Positions 1 to 10,063 are shown, counted from the stretch's first letter. The stretch: DNA of 64,000 bases from Candidatus Nanohalarchaeota archaeon (GCA_022729235.1 JALDAJ010000001.1:450442-514441); one strand, 5' to 3'. Numbers and translations are program-made. Notes: generated by a model not told the origin, from the sequence alone.

Positions 1-7
1 AATATAG

Positions 8-541
8 TTACGACGAGAAATTGACTCTGCAAACCTCTCCGCTCTGCTCCAGGAGGTAGAAACTAGATGTCAGGAGTATGGCGAGGACGAACAGGTTTAT
101 CTCTATACCATTGAAGGGTAGGAGACCGATAGGTATTGATAATCCGACCAGAGTAACGGCGCCTGCAGTGCACGCGGCGCATGCAGGGGCAGCTCCTGCG
201 ACGACTACTCCTCCGAGAGAGCCTGCGGATCCTGTAGCTGGTGAGCTAGATAGTATGGTGTTGATGAGTACTGAGACGTTGACTCCTACCGCGACTGAAA
301 CTGCTGTTGCTAGCAGGAAAACGGGTGTAGATACTGTAGCGGGGAATCCGGCGACGAGTTCGTAAGTTATCACCAGGAAAGAGGAGAGATTGCCTGATAT
401 GAGTGTGCCTGTCAAAAGCGAGAGGTTTGGAAAGACTGCGTAGAGGCTGTAAGCTATGAGTCCTGAAATCCCTGTTAGGATGAGAAAAAATTCTTCTTTG
501 TGGAGTTCTACTATTTTACCTGCGTTTTTTCTGTTGAACAT
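8..541 (-). CDS. Polytopic membrane protein with a CXXC motif (PACAAC); putative DsbB/VKOR-like disulfide-generating partner of the upstream DsbA
   Basis: 177-aa hydrophobic ORF with several predicted TM helices and a CAAC (CXXC) motif inside a hydrophobic segment. Its ATG overlaps the stop of the DsbA-like gene (TGATG on the minus strand), consistent with translational coupling. Confidence 0.5.
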   Translation of the reverse strand: MFNRKNAGKIVELHKEEFFLILTGISGLIAYSLYAVFPNLSLLTGTLISGNLSSFLVITYELVAGFPATVSTPVFLLATAVSVAVGVNVSVLINTILSSSPATGSAGSLGGVVVAGAAPACAACTAGAVTLVGLSIPIGLLPFNGIEINLFVLAILLTSSFYLLEQSGEVCRVNFSS

Positions 542-1527
542 CAGTTCAGCTGGTTCTCGATTAACTGTCTGAAGGTTTCATACGACTGCGCCCCTCGTAC
601 CTCTTCCCCATTTACAAACACCCATGGTGTTGCTTCGACGCCCAGATTCTGGGCTTCCTCGAAATCCTGTTGCAGGATGGATTCGGTTCCACTGTTTTCA
701 ACACAACTATCGAACTCTTCTTGGTCTATACCCATAGGTTCAGCCCAACTTACTATTTCCTCCTGGTATGCCTGCGGGTTCTCCTGCTGTAGTGACCTCA
801 GTTGTTCAAAGTTTTCAAAGTGATTGTACTTAAACAGCCAAAATGCTTCTGCAGACTGTTGAGCAACACACTCTGATGCTATCGCCGGCATTTCTCCCCC
901 GACTACTGGGAAATGTTTGTAGAACATCTGTACCTGTCCGTCTTCAGCGTATTCTTCAACTATCTGTGGGAAGGTCTCTGTGTTATGTCTGGCGCAGAAC
1001 GGACAGAAGAAGTCTTCATAGGAAACTATCTGGACCTCTGCGTCAGGACTACCCAGGTAAGGTTGACCCTCAACATCTACAGTATCTCCGTTCCAGTCAA
1101 GCGTACCGCTGGCAGTACCGATTTCGGCATCGTAAGGTAGCTCAGAGGTGAAAGTTATCTCTCCGGTATCCGTCTCCTGGGTGCCGGCATCTTGACCTCC
1201 TGTGTCAGAGCCCTGCTGTGTTGGTGCTTGCTGGTCGCCCATGTCTCCTGATAACCGATCCATAGCTGCGGGAGTATCTCCTATAAGAAGACCTCCGCTC
1301 AGTCCTACAAAAACTCCGAAGATAAAACATGTGGCTGCAATACTTTTTATACCCAGTTCGATACTGATCTCCTGTTGCCCGAAACTCTCTTCTTCCTGGC
1401 TTTCGGAATCTTCACCCTCCTGTTCTTCATCCATGTCAGGGTGTGACTGTGTCTGGTGACTGCTTAAACCTCTCTTGGTATCAAATGTTCTCCCACAGAG
1501 ATTGCACGGGAACTCTTCTTCGGACAT
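541..1527 (-). CDS. Membrane-anchored DsbA-family thiol-disulfide oxidoreductase with N-terminal C2H2 zinc finger
   Basis: N-terminal CNLCGRTFDTKRGLSSHQTQSH is a C-x2-C-x12-H-x4-H finger. An acidic linker and one TM helix (IAATCFIFGVFVGLSGGLLIG) follow, then a thioredoxin-fold domain with FFCPFCARH (CPFC active site) typical of DsbA. Confidence 0.75.
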   Translation of the reverse strand: MSEEEFPCNLCGRTFDTKRGLSSHQTQSHPDMDEEQEGEDSESQEEESFGQQEISIELGIKSIAATCFIFGVFVGLSGGLLIGDTPAAMDRLSGDMGDQQAPTQQGSDTGGQDAGTQETDTGEITFTSELPYDAEIGTASGTLDWNGDTVDVEGQPYLGSPDAEVQIVSYEDFFCPFCARHNTETFPQIVEEYAEDGQVQMFYKHFPVVGGEMPAIASECVAQQSAEAFWLFKYNHFENFEQLRSLQQENPQAYQEEIVSWAEPMGIDQEEFDSCVENSGTESILQQDFEEAQNLGVEATPWVFVNGEEVRGAQSYETFRQLIENQLN

Positions 1528-1598
1528 CAGTAGTCCTATTTTGATAGAGGATTCTTATAAGATATCGGTATCAGAGCCAGATAACTATCCTGGAGGAA

Positions 1599-3875
1599 TC
1601 AGGCGTAGTAGTCGGGCTGGTCCTCTTCTGGTTGTTCGATCTCTTCCATGCGCCGCATCATCTGCTTGTAGTGCTCCCTGTTTTCATCGGTCGCTGTCGG
1701 TCGCACTTCTTCAAGAGCGTCCTCGAAGTCTTCCATCTTCACTTCGTCGCTTTCTGTATCGCGCCGGAGTGCGAACATCCCTGCTTCCCTGCACACGGAC
1801 TCGATATCCGATCCTACGTAACCGTCCGACATCCGTGCGAGCTTTTCAAGGTCGACCCCATCTGCGAGCGGCATGTCGCCGGTGTGAACCTCATAGATTT
1901 TCTTCCTCCCCTCTATTTCAGGTACCTCGACCTCTAGCGAGCGGTCGATACGTCCTGGTCGTGTTATAGCAGGGTCGATCATGTCCGGTCGGTTAGTGGC
2001 TGCTATAACTGTTACGCCTTCAAGCGACTCGATTCCGTCCAGTTCAGTCAGGAGCTGGTTGACCACGCGGTCGCCTACACCAGAGTCTGTCCTGGAGCCT
2101 CTCCGGGTCGCGATGGAGTCGATTTCGTCGATGAATAGTATGCAGGGCGCGACCTGGCGGGCTTTTTTGAACACTTCTCTTACAGATTCTTCTGATTCTC
2201 CGACGTACTTTGACAGGAGTTCAGGACCGTTAATGGATATGAAGTTCGCATTAGCCTCGTTCGCGACTGCTTTCGCCAACAGTGTCTTACCTGTCCCGGG
2301 CATGCCGTAAAGCATTATGCCTTTTGGAACCTCGATGCCCATACGGTCAAACCGTTCCGGGTAGCGTTGCGGCCATTCAACCATCTCTCTCAACTGATCT
2401 TTTGCCTCGTCAAGACCTCCAACATCTTCCCACGTAACTTTCGGTATCTCGACCATGACCTCTCTCATCGCGGACGGTTCTACCTGTCTTATACCTTCTA
2501 TCATCGCATCCCTGTCCACGACCAGCTTCTCCATTACGTCGCTCGGAATCTCCTCGTCGAGGTCTATCTCCGGTAGTACATCTCTTAATACGGACATCGC
2601 TGCTTCTTTCGCGACCGCTTCAATATCTGCGCCGACGTAGCCGTGAGTCATCTCCGCGAGTTCGTCCAGGTCGACTTCGTCGGTTAAAGGCATGTTCCGG
2701 GTGTGGATCTGGAATACTTCTTTCCGACCTTTCTCGTTTGGAACCCCGATCTCGATTTCACGGTCGAATCTTCCACCTCTTCTGAGGGCTTCATCTACCG
2801 CGTCTACCCTGTTGGTGGCGGCTATAACGATAACGTTTTCACGTTCTTCCAGTCCGTCCATGAGTGAGAGTAACTGTGCGACGACTCTGCGCTCAACCTC
2901 TCCACCGACTTCGCTTCTCTTCGCGGCGATTGCGTCTATCTCGTCGATGAAGATGATGGCAGGCGCGTTCTCCTGTGCTTCCTCGAATTTTTCTCTTAAC
3001 TGTTTCTCGGATTCTCCGTAGTATTTCGACATGATTTCCGGTCCGTTGATGGATAGGAAGGTCGCGTCGCTTTCGTTTGCGACTGCTTTCGCCAACAGTG
3101 TCTTACCGGTTCCCGGTGGACCGTGCAGTAAAACGCCTGATGGTGCGTCTATCCCGAGCTGCTGGAACACCTCTGGGTGCTTCAGCGGTAGTTCTATCAT
3201 CTCCCGGACGTGCTGTATCTCCTGCTCCAGTCCACCTATGTCTTCGTAGGTGACCTCGGGGACGCGTACCTGCTGCTGTTCTTCGGGTTCGACGGACTGT
3301 TGACGCATCTCTATCTCCGTCTGTTCTGTAATCTTTACAGGTCCCTGTGGGGTGGTGTCGACAACGGTCAGCTTAGTCTCTGCCCCGAACCCCATCCGTA
3401 GGCTTTCTGTTTCCATGTCGAAGAAGTCGTCGAAAAGTGATTTGCGCCGATCTTTGCCATCGGGGACTATTATATCGCCCTGCATAACTGCACGGTCTTT
3501 CAGGGCGCGCCTGAAGATGTTTGGGTCAGAAACCTGTATCATGACACCTTCTTCTGCGGGTGCCAGCGTGATCTTCTTTGCCTCCTTGAGTTCGGCGCGT
3601 TCTACATTCACTTTTTCGCCGAGGGATGTGCCGGCGTTTTTACGCATGTAGCCGTCTATCCTCGCGATACCGAGCCCCTTGTCCGCAGGGTATGAGCGTG
3701 CGACTCTGCCGACTGTTTTCCGGTCACCCTGTATTATTACAGCGTCTCCTTCTGTAACGTTTAACTCTTCCATGACTTTGGAGTCGATTCTCACGATTCC
3801 TCTGCCGATGTCCTGCTGTGCGTTTGGAGGTACTTCGCCTACCCGTAGTCTTACGCTTTCGTCGTCTTCTGCCAT
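1599..3875 (-). CDS. cdc48: CDC48/VCP-like AAA+ ATPase (two AAA domains)
   Basis: 758 aa with a CDC48 N-domain. Two Walker A motifs ([17 protein letters not shown] and [17 protein letters not shown]), two DEID Walker B motifs and second-region-of-homology residues. Confidence 0.95.
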   Translation of the reverse strand: MAEDDESVRLRVGEVPPNAQQDIGRGIVRIDSKVMEELNVTEGDAVIIQGDRKTVGRVARSYPADKGLGIARIDGYMRKNAGTSLGEKVNVERAELKEAKKITLAPAEEGVMIQVSDPNIFRRALKDRAVMQGDIIVPDGKDRRKSLFDDFFDMETESLRMGFGAETKLTVVDTTPQGPVKITEQTEIEMRQQSVEPEEQQQVRVPEVTYEDIGGLEQEIQHVREMIELPLKHPEVFQQLGIDAPSGVLLHGPPGTGKTLLAKAVANESDATFLSINGPEIMSKYYGESEKQLREKFEEAQENAPAIIFIDEIDAIAAKRSEVGGEVERRVVAQLLSLMDGLEERENVIVIAATNRVDAVDEALRRGGRFDREIEIGVPNEKGRKEVFQIHTRNMPLTDEVDLDELAEMTHGYVGADIEAVAKEAAMSVLRDVLPEIDLDEEIPSDVMEKLVVDRDAMIEGIRQVEPSAMREVMVEIPKVTWEDVGGLDEAKDQLREMVEWPQRYPERFDRMGIEVPKGIMLYGMPGTGKTLLAKAVANEANANFISINGPELLSKYVGESEESVREVFKKARQVAPCILFIDEIDSIATRRGSRTDSGVGDRVVNQLLTELDGIESLEGVTVIAATNRPDMIDPAITRPGRIDRSLEVEVPEIEGRKKIYEVHTGDMPLADGVDLEKLARMSDGYVGSDIESVCREAGMFALRRDTESDEVKMEDFEDALEEVRPTATDENREHYKQMMRRMEEIEQPEEDQPDYYA

Positions 3876-4201
3876 TATACTTCACCTTTTATCTTGTCAA
3901 GTATGTTTTGATCCTCGATTATTACCGTGAATATGTGATAGGAGACCTTGTCTCCCCACTTTGAAAAGTATTCCTCCACCCTGTCTATTGTTCGATCAGG
4001 AATTATAAACACCGAGTCATCTATCCGTACATTTGGTATCCTGTCGATAAGACCGTCCTTGTCGTACTCGTACTTCTTTCCATTTTTCTTTACGGTCTGC
4101 CTGTAGCCGAACAGTCCGCGGTAAAACTTGTTGCGCTCATATACTGACTCGAACTTTTCCCGCTCGGTGTTGTATGTCAGTAGGGAGGCTTCTTCCGGCA
4201 T
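3875..4201 (-). CDS. Hypothetical protein, translationally coupled upstream of cdc48
   Basis: 108-aa ORF whose stop (TAA) overlaps the cdc48 ATG by 1 nt (TAATG). No recognisable motif. Confidence 0.5.
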   Translation of the reverse strand: MPEEASLLTYNTEREKFESVYERNKFYRGLFGYRQTVKKNGKKYEYDKDGLIDRIPNVRIDDSVFIIPDRTIDRVEEYFSKWGDKVSYHIFTVIIEDQNILDKIKGEV

Positions 4202-4293
4202 ACAGTTATTTTTGATGACAACATTTAAATCTGTTTTATGGACGTGAATAAAAATAGCCTTAGTTTTAATTTATCGGAAATAGTGTTTCACCT

Positions 4294-4767
4294 ATGAGAG
4301 ATATAGAAGACGTGACGAACCTTGAAGCGGTAGCCCAGAGAGGTTTCGAGGAGCTGACTAGCATGGGCTCTCTATACCTGGTGCTGGTCTACGTGGTGAC
4401 ACTTGAGCTCATCGGAGAGAAAGTCACGGGGAGGCTACTCGCTACCGCCGCTGTCCTGAACTCGGTCGTGGTTTTCGGCATCAAAATGATTGCTTCACGC
4501 CCGCGCCCCGAGGCGGGTGAAGTATTCCTGACATCCTCATTCCCGTCCGGTCACGCCGCGACAGCTTTCATGGCTGCCGCCGTCCTCGGTCACCGCTACC
4601 CGGAACTGCGATACTGGCTTCTCATTCTCGCATCGGTGGTAGGAGTCTCAAGACTCGTGATCGGCGCACACTTTTTCGCGGATGTCGCCGTCGGGGCGCT
4701 TATAGGTTACACCATCGGACTGCTGACCACATGGAAACTGGAGCCGAGGCTGGAAAGTCAGGGATAA
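4294..4767 (+). CDS. PAP2-family membrane phosphatase (phosphatidic acid phosphatase type 2-like)
   Basis: Hydrophobic 157-aa protein carrying the three PAP2 motifs: RPRP, PSGH, SRLVIGAHFFADV. Confidence 0.8.
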   Translation: MRDIEDVTNLEAVAQRGFEELTSMGSLYLVLVYVVTLELIGEKVTGRLLATAAVLNSVVVFGIKMIASRPRPEAGEVFLTSSFPSGHAATAFMAAAVLGHRYPELRYWLLILASVVGVSRLVIGAHFFADVAVGALIGYTIGLLTTWKLEPRLESQG

Positions 4768-4791
4768 AAGAATTCCATCAAAGTTCTTCAT

Positions 4792-5481
4792 GTGAAAGTA
4801 AAACGCCTATCCACAGGCTCGAAACCTATAGACTCGCTGCTGGGGGGTGGAATAGAGAGAGGAATTATCACTAATGTCTTCGGCGAGTCAGGCTCCGGAA
4901 AGACAAATGTCTGCGTCCAGGTAGCTGCCGAGGTCGCGATGGACGGCGGGAAAGTTGCCTATATCGATACAGAGAAAGGTTTCTCCGCTGAACGATTCGT
5001 ACAGGTCGCGGACGAGGAGTCGCTTGAGAACGTTCACGTCATGGAGCCTACGACGTTCCAGGAGCAGGAAAAGGATATCAAGTCGCTCCCGGGACTTGTG
5101 GAAAAAGAAGATATCGACCTGATTGTTGTGGATTCTCTGGTCTCTCTTTACCGGCTGAACACGAACGGGGAGAACGTTTCAGAGATCAACCAGGAACTGT
5201 CCCAGCAACTCTCTGTTCTTTCAAAGATTGCGAGACAGGAGGATATACCTGTGCTCGTGACCAACCAGGTATACACAAATTTCGACGAGGATGAACTGGA
5301 GCTGGTAGGACGAGACGTTCCGCGTTACTGGTCGAAGTGCCTGCTCAAGCTCTCCTATGAGGACAAGAGCCTGCGGAAAATCGAGGTCGAGAAACACCGA
5401 TCCCTCCCGGAAGGAAAGGCGCAGAGGTTCAAGATCGTGAACGATGGACTCAAGAAACCGGATAAGAAGGGACTGTTCTAA
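4792..5481 (+). CDS. radB: DNA repair and recombination protein RadB
   Basis: 229 aa with Walker A GESGSGKTN, RecA/KaiC core without extra domains; the length is typical of archaeal RadB. GTG start. Confidence 0.9.
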   Translation: MKVKRLSTGSKPIDSLLGGGIERGIITNVFGESGSGKTNVCVQVAAEVAMDGGKVAYIDTEKGFSAERFVQVADEESLENVHVMEPTTFQEQEKDIKSLPGLVEKEDIDLIVVDSLVSLYRLNTNGENVSEINQELSQQLSVLSKIARQEDIPVLVTNQVYTNFDEDELELVGRDVPRYWSKCLLKLSYEDKSLRKIEVEKHRSLPEGKAQRFKIVNDGLKKPDKKGLF

Positions 5482-5531
5482 GATTATAGCCCTCAAGACT
5501 TATACAGGTGCCAGAGTACTTGGTTTCTATA

Positions 5532-6629
5532 ATGATTCGAGAGAGAGTGAAAGACATCCAGCTATCGATAAGAAAGATATCGAAAAAGGCGGAAGAGCAG
5601 GAGGACTGTATCCGTTTAGATATCGGACAGCCAAGCTTTGACACCCCGGAACACGTCAAAAAAGTTGCGAGGGAGGAGATGGACCGGTTCCAGGGTTACA
5701 CCGCGGACAGAGGGATAGACGAACTGCGGGACGCTGTCGCCAGAGAGGAATCGGGGAAGAAAGGCATTGAGGCAGAACAGGAGAACATAATGATATCTGC
5801 CGGCGGGATGGAGGCGCTTTACTCCGTGTTCGCAACGGTTCTAGATCCGGAAGATAAGGCGGTCTTCAACGACCCGTGCTGGGGTCCCTACAAACTGATA
5901 TCGGAAGTAAACGGGAACCGGTGGAGCCAGGTAGACTTCTTTGAAAACGGTGAGCTTACGGATGAGGCCAGGAAGGAGATACGGGACGCGGAGCTGGTGC
6001 TCGTGAACACGCCTAACAACCCTACTGGGAAAGTACTGGAAAAGGAAGAGGCGAAGGAAATCGCCGAGGTCGCAGAGGATAGCGATACTTTACTGGTCTC
6101 GGACGAGGTGTACCACCGACTGACTTACGGAGAGGAACACGTTTCTCCCGCCCGTTTTACGGATGAATCTGTTATCATCGGGTCGATGTCGAAAAACCAT
6201 GCGATGACCGGCTGGAGGGTCGGATGGGTGAACTCGTCACCGGACTATGTCGATAACTTCTCCAAGGCTTCCCGTGGAATGGTCGCGTGCCCGCCTGCTA
6301 TAAGCCAGTTCGCGGCGGTCGAGGCGTTGAAAAACGACTCACACGTTGAAAAGATGAGAGGCGAGTACGGGGAGAGGCGCGACATATTAGTGCAAAAGAT
6401 GAACGAACTCGGCTGGGAATTCGTCGAGCCTGAAGGAGCCATCTATGCCTTCCCGGACATCGGCAGAGACTCCTGGGATTTCGCCCTGGAGATGGTGGAA
6501 AAAGGAGTTTCCATAGTCCCGGGTGAGCCTTTTGGACCTGGAAGCGATGAAAATGTCCGGATATGCTTCGGATCTGTCGAACAGCGCGATATAGAGAAGG
6601 CGTTTGACGTGCTTGAGGACGAGGTCTAG
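5532..6629 (+). CDS. Class I/II PLP-dependent aminotransferase (aspartate aminotransferase-like)
   Basis: SMSKNHAMTGWRVGW PLP-lysine motif, LVNTPNNPTG, and an N-terminal IRKISKKAEE motif typical of AspAT. The ORF track starts at a GTG at 5508; the ATG at 5532 is more likely. Confidence 0.85.
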   Translation: MIRERVKDIQLSIRKISKKAEEQEDCIRLDIGQPSFDTPEHVKKVAREEMDRFQGYTADRGIDELRDAVAREESGKKGIEAEQENIMISAGGMEALYSVFATVLDPEDKAVFNDPCWGPYKLISEVNGNRWSQVDFFENGELTDEARKEIRDAELVLVNTPNNPTGKVLEKEEAKEIAEVAEDSDTLLVSDEVYHRLTYGEEHVSPARFTDESVIIGSMSKNHAMTGWRVGWVNSSPDYVDNFSKASRGMVACPPAISQFAAVEALKNDSHVEKMRGEYGERRDILVQKMNELGWEFVEPEGAIYAFPDIGRDSWDFALEMVEKGVSIVPGEPFGPGSDENVRICFGSVEQRDIEKAFDVLEDEV

Positions 6630-7000
6630 CGAATCCTTTATAAACTTCTTTTTATTAGTAGTCCAACATGCGCCGGATAACAACCTTTACGGGTATGCGG
6701 AAGGGTGGACGCTTTATCTCAACTAAAGGTGGACGCGTTCTGCAGCTCGACCTCCAGTAAAGCTAGTTCTGGCGCGGTTTCTGAACTCGACTTTTCTGAA
6801 GTAGCTCCAGCTACGCCATCATACATTATTATCCTGTTTATTATCCTGCTGTTCCTGCTGTAAAAGGCGGAGCAGTGGTTCTCGCTTTTTGTCTCAAATT
6901 CTAGGGTGAACCACTCTATGACAAAACACAAACACAACACAACTACGCATTACCGCACCAAAAAACCTGAAAACACGGAAACAGATGCAGGAGAGCAACG

Positions 7001-7288
7001 ATGGTAGAACCAGATCACGATCCGAAGAGGGCGGGTCCCAGCCCCTCTGATTTAGGGTACGAACCTGAAACCGCATCCGGACCTGTTTACCAGAACAGCG
7101 ATGTAAGGAGCGAGCCGAGCCCCGCTTATGACAAAGTAATTTTCAGTTCTGGAGAAGAAGTAGGATCCTATCCCGAGGGGTCCTACCAGACATGGTCTCC
7201 GAGAGAAAAGGCAGAGTTTGATGTAGAAGACGCCCAAGCAGTGGGGCACTTCTTCTCGGAACAGACTCCTGGAGCCGCGGCTGACTAG
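7001..7288 (+). CDS. Hypothetical small P/S/G-rich protein
   Basis: 95-aa ORF with GGAGAG about 7 nt upstream of the ATG. Low-complexity composition; weak support. Confidence 0.35.
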   Translation: MVEPDHDPKRAGPSPSDLGYEPETASGPVYQNSDVRSEPSPAYDKVIFSSGEEVGSYPEGSYQTWSPREKAEFDVEDAQAVGHFFSEQTPGAAAD

Positions 7289-7300
7289 GAGGTGAAATAG

Positions 7301-7630
7301 GTGAACCAAGACAACAGAGTTCAGGGTGTATGGGAGTCCGGAAACAGTGCAGAAGTAGCCGTCGCAGAAGGATACACGGTTGGAGAGCTACACTCCGAGG
7401 CAAGCAGTTCGGAGTACGATGTCGTACCCAGAACTGATAGGTACGGAAACCTGGTGCTGGACGGATCGGATAAAGAGGTCAAAGGGTTTGTTGAGGATGT
7501 ATTGGGCGACCAGGGCTCCGTGCTGGATTCGGAAGTAGCAGCTGACGGCGGTAGAAAGAGGCCTGACCCGGCGCGGAGCGATCCGCGTTACGACGTGGAG
7601 ACACGGGAGCCGTACACCGGTGCGGACTAA
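7301..7630 (+). CDS. Hypothetical small acidic protein
   Basis: 109-aa ORF with a GTG start preceded by AGGAGGTGA, a strong SD-like site. Tandem with the previous ORF. Confidence 0.4.
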   Translation: MNQDNRVQGVWESGNSAEVAVAEGYTVGELHSEASSSEYDVVPRTDRYGNLVLDGSDKEVKGFVEDVLGDQGSVLDSEVAADGGRKRPDPARSDPRYDVETREPYTGAD

Positions 7631-9685
7631 CTACCAGTCGTCCTTGGTAGGGCAGTCAGGATCGATGCACATGTCGTAAGGCTTCCGCCCTTTCCTTATC
7701 ACTTTTATTCTCGGCGTGTGGCATTCCTCGCATTCCTCGTCCAGGGACTCGATTTTCCCGTTCCGTGGTAGCGGATACGTGTTCTCGCAGTCAGGATAGT
7801 TGGAACAGCCGACGAAACGTCCGTTGTCAGTCTTTACTATCCTTAGAGTCCCGTCATCGCACTGGTCGCAAGGACCTAGCTGGCGCCGTCTTTCTCTTTC
7901 TGAGTCGATGGTCTCGACCAGTTCGGCGCCTATCTCTTTTTCTTCTTCCTTGAACTTGGCGAGCACCTCTCCAAGTTCGTCCCTGGCTTCTTCTATGACC
8001 TCTTCCGATGTCTCTTCCTCATCTCTTATCGACTCCATTTTCTCTTCGAACTCCCGTGTCAGTTCTTCTGAGAGGAGTTCGGGGCAGCGTTCCTCTAGGG
8101 TTTCTACTATTGCGAGCCCAAGTTCTGTAACCTCTATAGGGTTGTTGTCGATGTAGTTACGGGAGTAAAGCCGGTCAACAGTGGCTGCACGCGTCGCCTT
8201 GGTTCCCAGGTTGCGTTTCTCCAGTTCGTTGACTATCGAGGACTGTGAGTATCTTCGGGGTGGCTGGGTCTCTTTCTCCATCAGCTCGAACTCTTCCACA
8301 TCCAAAACTTGCCCGGTCTCCATCTCTGGCAGTTCCGCCTCCTCCACGTTGACGTACGGCTCGTAGAGGTCGAACCAGTTCCTCTCCAGCGTGATCTTTG
8401 ATTTTGCTTTGAACTCGTGCCCGTTAACTTCCAGCGTGAACGTAAGTGTGCGCCTTTTCGCCGAGTCACCAAAGACTGCGAAGAACCGCTTGACTATAAG
8501 GTCGTATACCTGTCTCTGCTGTTTGGAAAGCGAGGAAGGGTGTTCACCTGTCGGGTAGATAGCAGGGTGTGCGTCGTCTTTCTTCTTGCCCTGCCGCGGG
8601 TATATCTCGTCTTTATCAAGTACTTTTTCAGCGAGTTCCTCGTAGTCGTCCTGTTTCTTGAGCTTGCCGAGAAGTTTCTCGTAACCGAGTTTGGCAGGCA
8701 GTTTCTGTGACTCTGTCCTTGGATAGGATATCAGTCCCTGCTCGTAGAGTTCCTGGGCGAGGCTCTGGGTCTTCTTCGGCGAGATATTGAACTGTGAGGA
8801 CGCCTCGCTCTGGAGCCCTGTCAGGTTGAAAGGTATAGGCGTTCCGTGCTTGTAGTCGTTCTTCTTGATGTTCGTGACCGCTGCAGTCTTTTCCCCTTCA
8901 ACCTCTGCAAATACCTGTTCTGCGCGCGCCTCGTTCCATATACGGTCCTCCTCGTCCTCCCACTGCGCATCAAATTCACTGTGTCTCAGGTAAACCTCCC
9001 AGTAAGGGTCGGGCTCGAACTCCTGTATCGCACGCTCCTTGTCCGCCAGGACTTTTAGTGTCGGACCCTGCACGCGCCCGGTTGACAGGGTCTTGTATCG
9101 GTTGTTCTCCCTGACCGCCTGCATTAATGCCCTTGAAACGTTAATACCGTAGTAGAAGTCCAGCACGTGTCTTGTGAGCCCTGCCTGGGTCATCCCTTCG
9201 TCAAATGATTCCAGGTCGTCAAATGCATCCTGGAGATCGCCAGTTGTGAGAGTCGAGAACTTCATCCTCTGGATACGTTCCTCGGGAGGGTCTGCGATGT
9301 GATGGATGACGTTGTAGCCTATGACCGATCCTTCAAGGTCGAAGTCGCACGCGTTGATGTAGCTGTCCGCCTTTTCTATCTGGTCTTTCAGGTTGTTGTA
9401 GTACTTCTTCACGTAGCCTGCGTCATCTGAGGTCTTGAATATAGGCGCCCATTCGACGTCGAAGACAGGGTACGTCCAGCCTTCGCTTGACTGCTCCAGG
9501 TTGAAGACGTGACCGACCGCGGGCGCGATGATTATCCTGCGTTCATCAGTCTCTATAACATAGTTCTTTACGCCACGGTTCTCCTTGATAGAATAGTCTC
9601 CCAGCGCCTGCGCTATTCTTGACGCGACCTTCGGCTTTTCACCAACCATCACCGTGGTTTCCATATCCTTGACACTTGAGACCAA
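7631..9685 (-). CDS. topA: DNA topoisomerase, type IA (TopA / Topo III-like) with C-terminal zinc ribbons
   Basis: 684 aa with an N-terminal Toprim region, the active-site tyrosine motif ISYPRTESQK, and C-terminal Cys4 zinc ribbons (CDQCDDG..CSNYPDC; CEECH..CIDPDC). Too short for reverse gyrase and has no helicase domain. Confidence 0.9.
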   Translation of the reverse strand: MVSSVKDMETTVMVGEKPKVASRIAQALGDYSIKENRGVKNYVIETDERRIIIAPAVGHVFNLEQSSEGWTYPVFDVEWAPIFKTSDDAGYVKKYYNNLKDQIEKADSYINACDFDLEGSVIGYNVIHHIADPPEERIQRMKFSTLTTGDLQDAFDDLESFDEGMTQAGLTRHVLDFYYGINVSRALMQAVRENNRYKTLSTGRVQGPTLKVLADKERAIQEFEPDPYWEVYLRHSEFDAQWEDEEDRIWNEARAEQVFAEVEGEKTAAVTNIKKNDYKHGTPIPFNLTGLQSEASSQFNISPKKTQSLAQELYEQGLISYPRTESQKLPAKLGYEKLLGKLKKQDDYEELAEKVLDKDEIYPRQGKKKDDAHPAIYPTGEHPSSLSKQQRQVYDLIVKRFFAVFGDSAKRRTLTFTLEVNGHEFKAKSKITLERNWFDLYEPYVNVEEAELPEMETGQVLDVEEFELMEKETQPPRRYSQSSIVNELEKRNLGTKATRAATVDRLYSRNYIDNNPIEVTELGLAIVETLEERCPELLSEELTREFEEKMESIRDEEETSEEVIEEARDELGEVLAKFKEEEKEIGAELVETIDSERERRRQLGPCDQCDDGTLRIVKTDNGRFVGCSNYPDCENTYPLPRNGKIESLDEECEECHTPRIKVIRKGRKPYDMCIDPDCPTKDDW

Positions 9686-9742
9686 AGCTTAAAGATACTT
9701 CAGAGAACTCTCCTGTTTTACTACCTCCTGGTTACCAGAACC

Positions 9743-9763
9743 TTTATAAGCGCCGTTTATAAG
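9743..9763. promoter_or_regulatory. Twin TATA-like boxes (TTTATAAG x2) in the topA upstream region
   Basis: TTTATAAG at 9743-9750 and 9756-9763. The first is about 27 nt upstream of the ATG at 9773, so a leaderless + strand transcript is possible. It could also serve the divergent topA gene. Confidence 0.35.
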
Positions 9764-9772
9764 TGAAAAAGT

Positions 9773-9898
9773 ATGCAGTCGTCCACAACCTTACAGGACG
9801 CAGAAACTTCTGAAGCTTCAGGTACTGCGACTGCTGCTATATGGAGATACGCATTTATCCTGATTATTCTGCTAGCGGTATTTGTGCCGCTTCACTAG
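9773..9898 (+). CDS. Putative 41-aa tail-anchored membrane peptide (leaderless)
   Basis: Manual call below the ORF-track cutoff: MQSSTTLQDAETSEASGTATAAIWRYAFILIILLAVFVPLH. Hydrophilic head then a C-terminal TM helix. TATA about 27 nt upstream of the ATG, and a T-rich tract (CCTTTTTGCTTTTTCC) immediately after the stop. Confidence 0.3.
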   Translation: MQSSTTLQDAETSEASGTATAAIWRYAFILIILLAVFVPLH

Positions 9899-10063
9899 TG
9901 CCTTTTTGCTTTTTCCAACTGGGGTGGCACAAACTGACGCGAGCTAAACAAGACCAAAAACTGCGCTGTACTGCGTTTTTCTGTTCGTCTCCTGATTACA
10001 GGAGAACTACTGGTTTTTCATCAAAATCTGTAAATCAAACAAACAGAAAGGAGGTGAGAACAA

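Noticed and set aside
78-823. Plus-strand ORFs (78-365, 500-823) inside and antisense to the DsbA/VKOR-like genes
   Set aside because: They are antisense to strongly supported minus-strand genes and have low-complexity, Ser/Pro/Ala-rich translations typical of antisense frames of GC-containing genes.
1632-3930. Numerous plus-strand ORFs of 60-110 aa inside the cdc48 gene
   Set aside because: They overlap a 758-aa AAA ATPase with unambiguous motifs, so they are spurious antisense frames.
6630-7000. 370-bp non-coding stretch after the aminotransferase with small ORFs (6719-6940 minus; a 30-aa plus ORF)
   Set aside because: The ORFs have no RBS or conservation cues. The region may hold a promoter (TTTATAAA at 6637-6645) or an ncRNA, but I could not define a structure.
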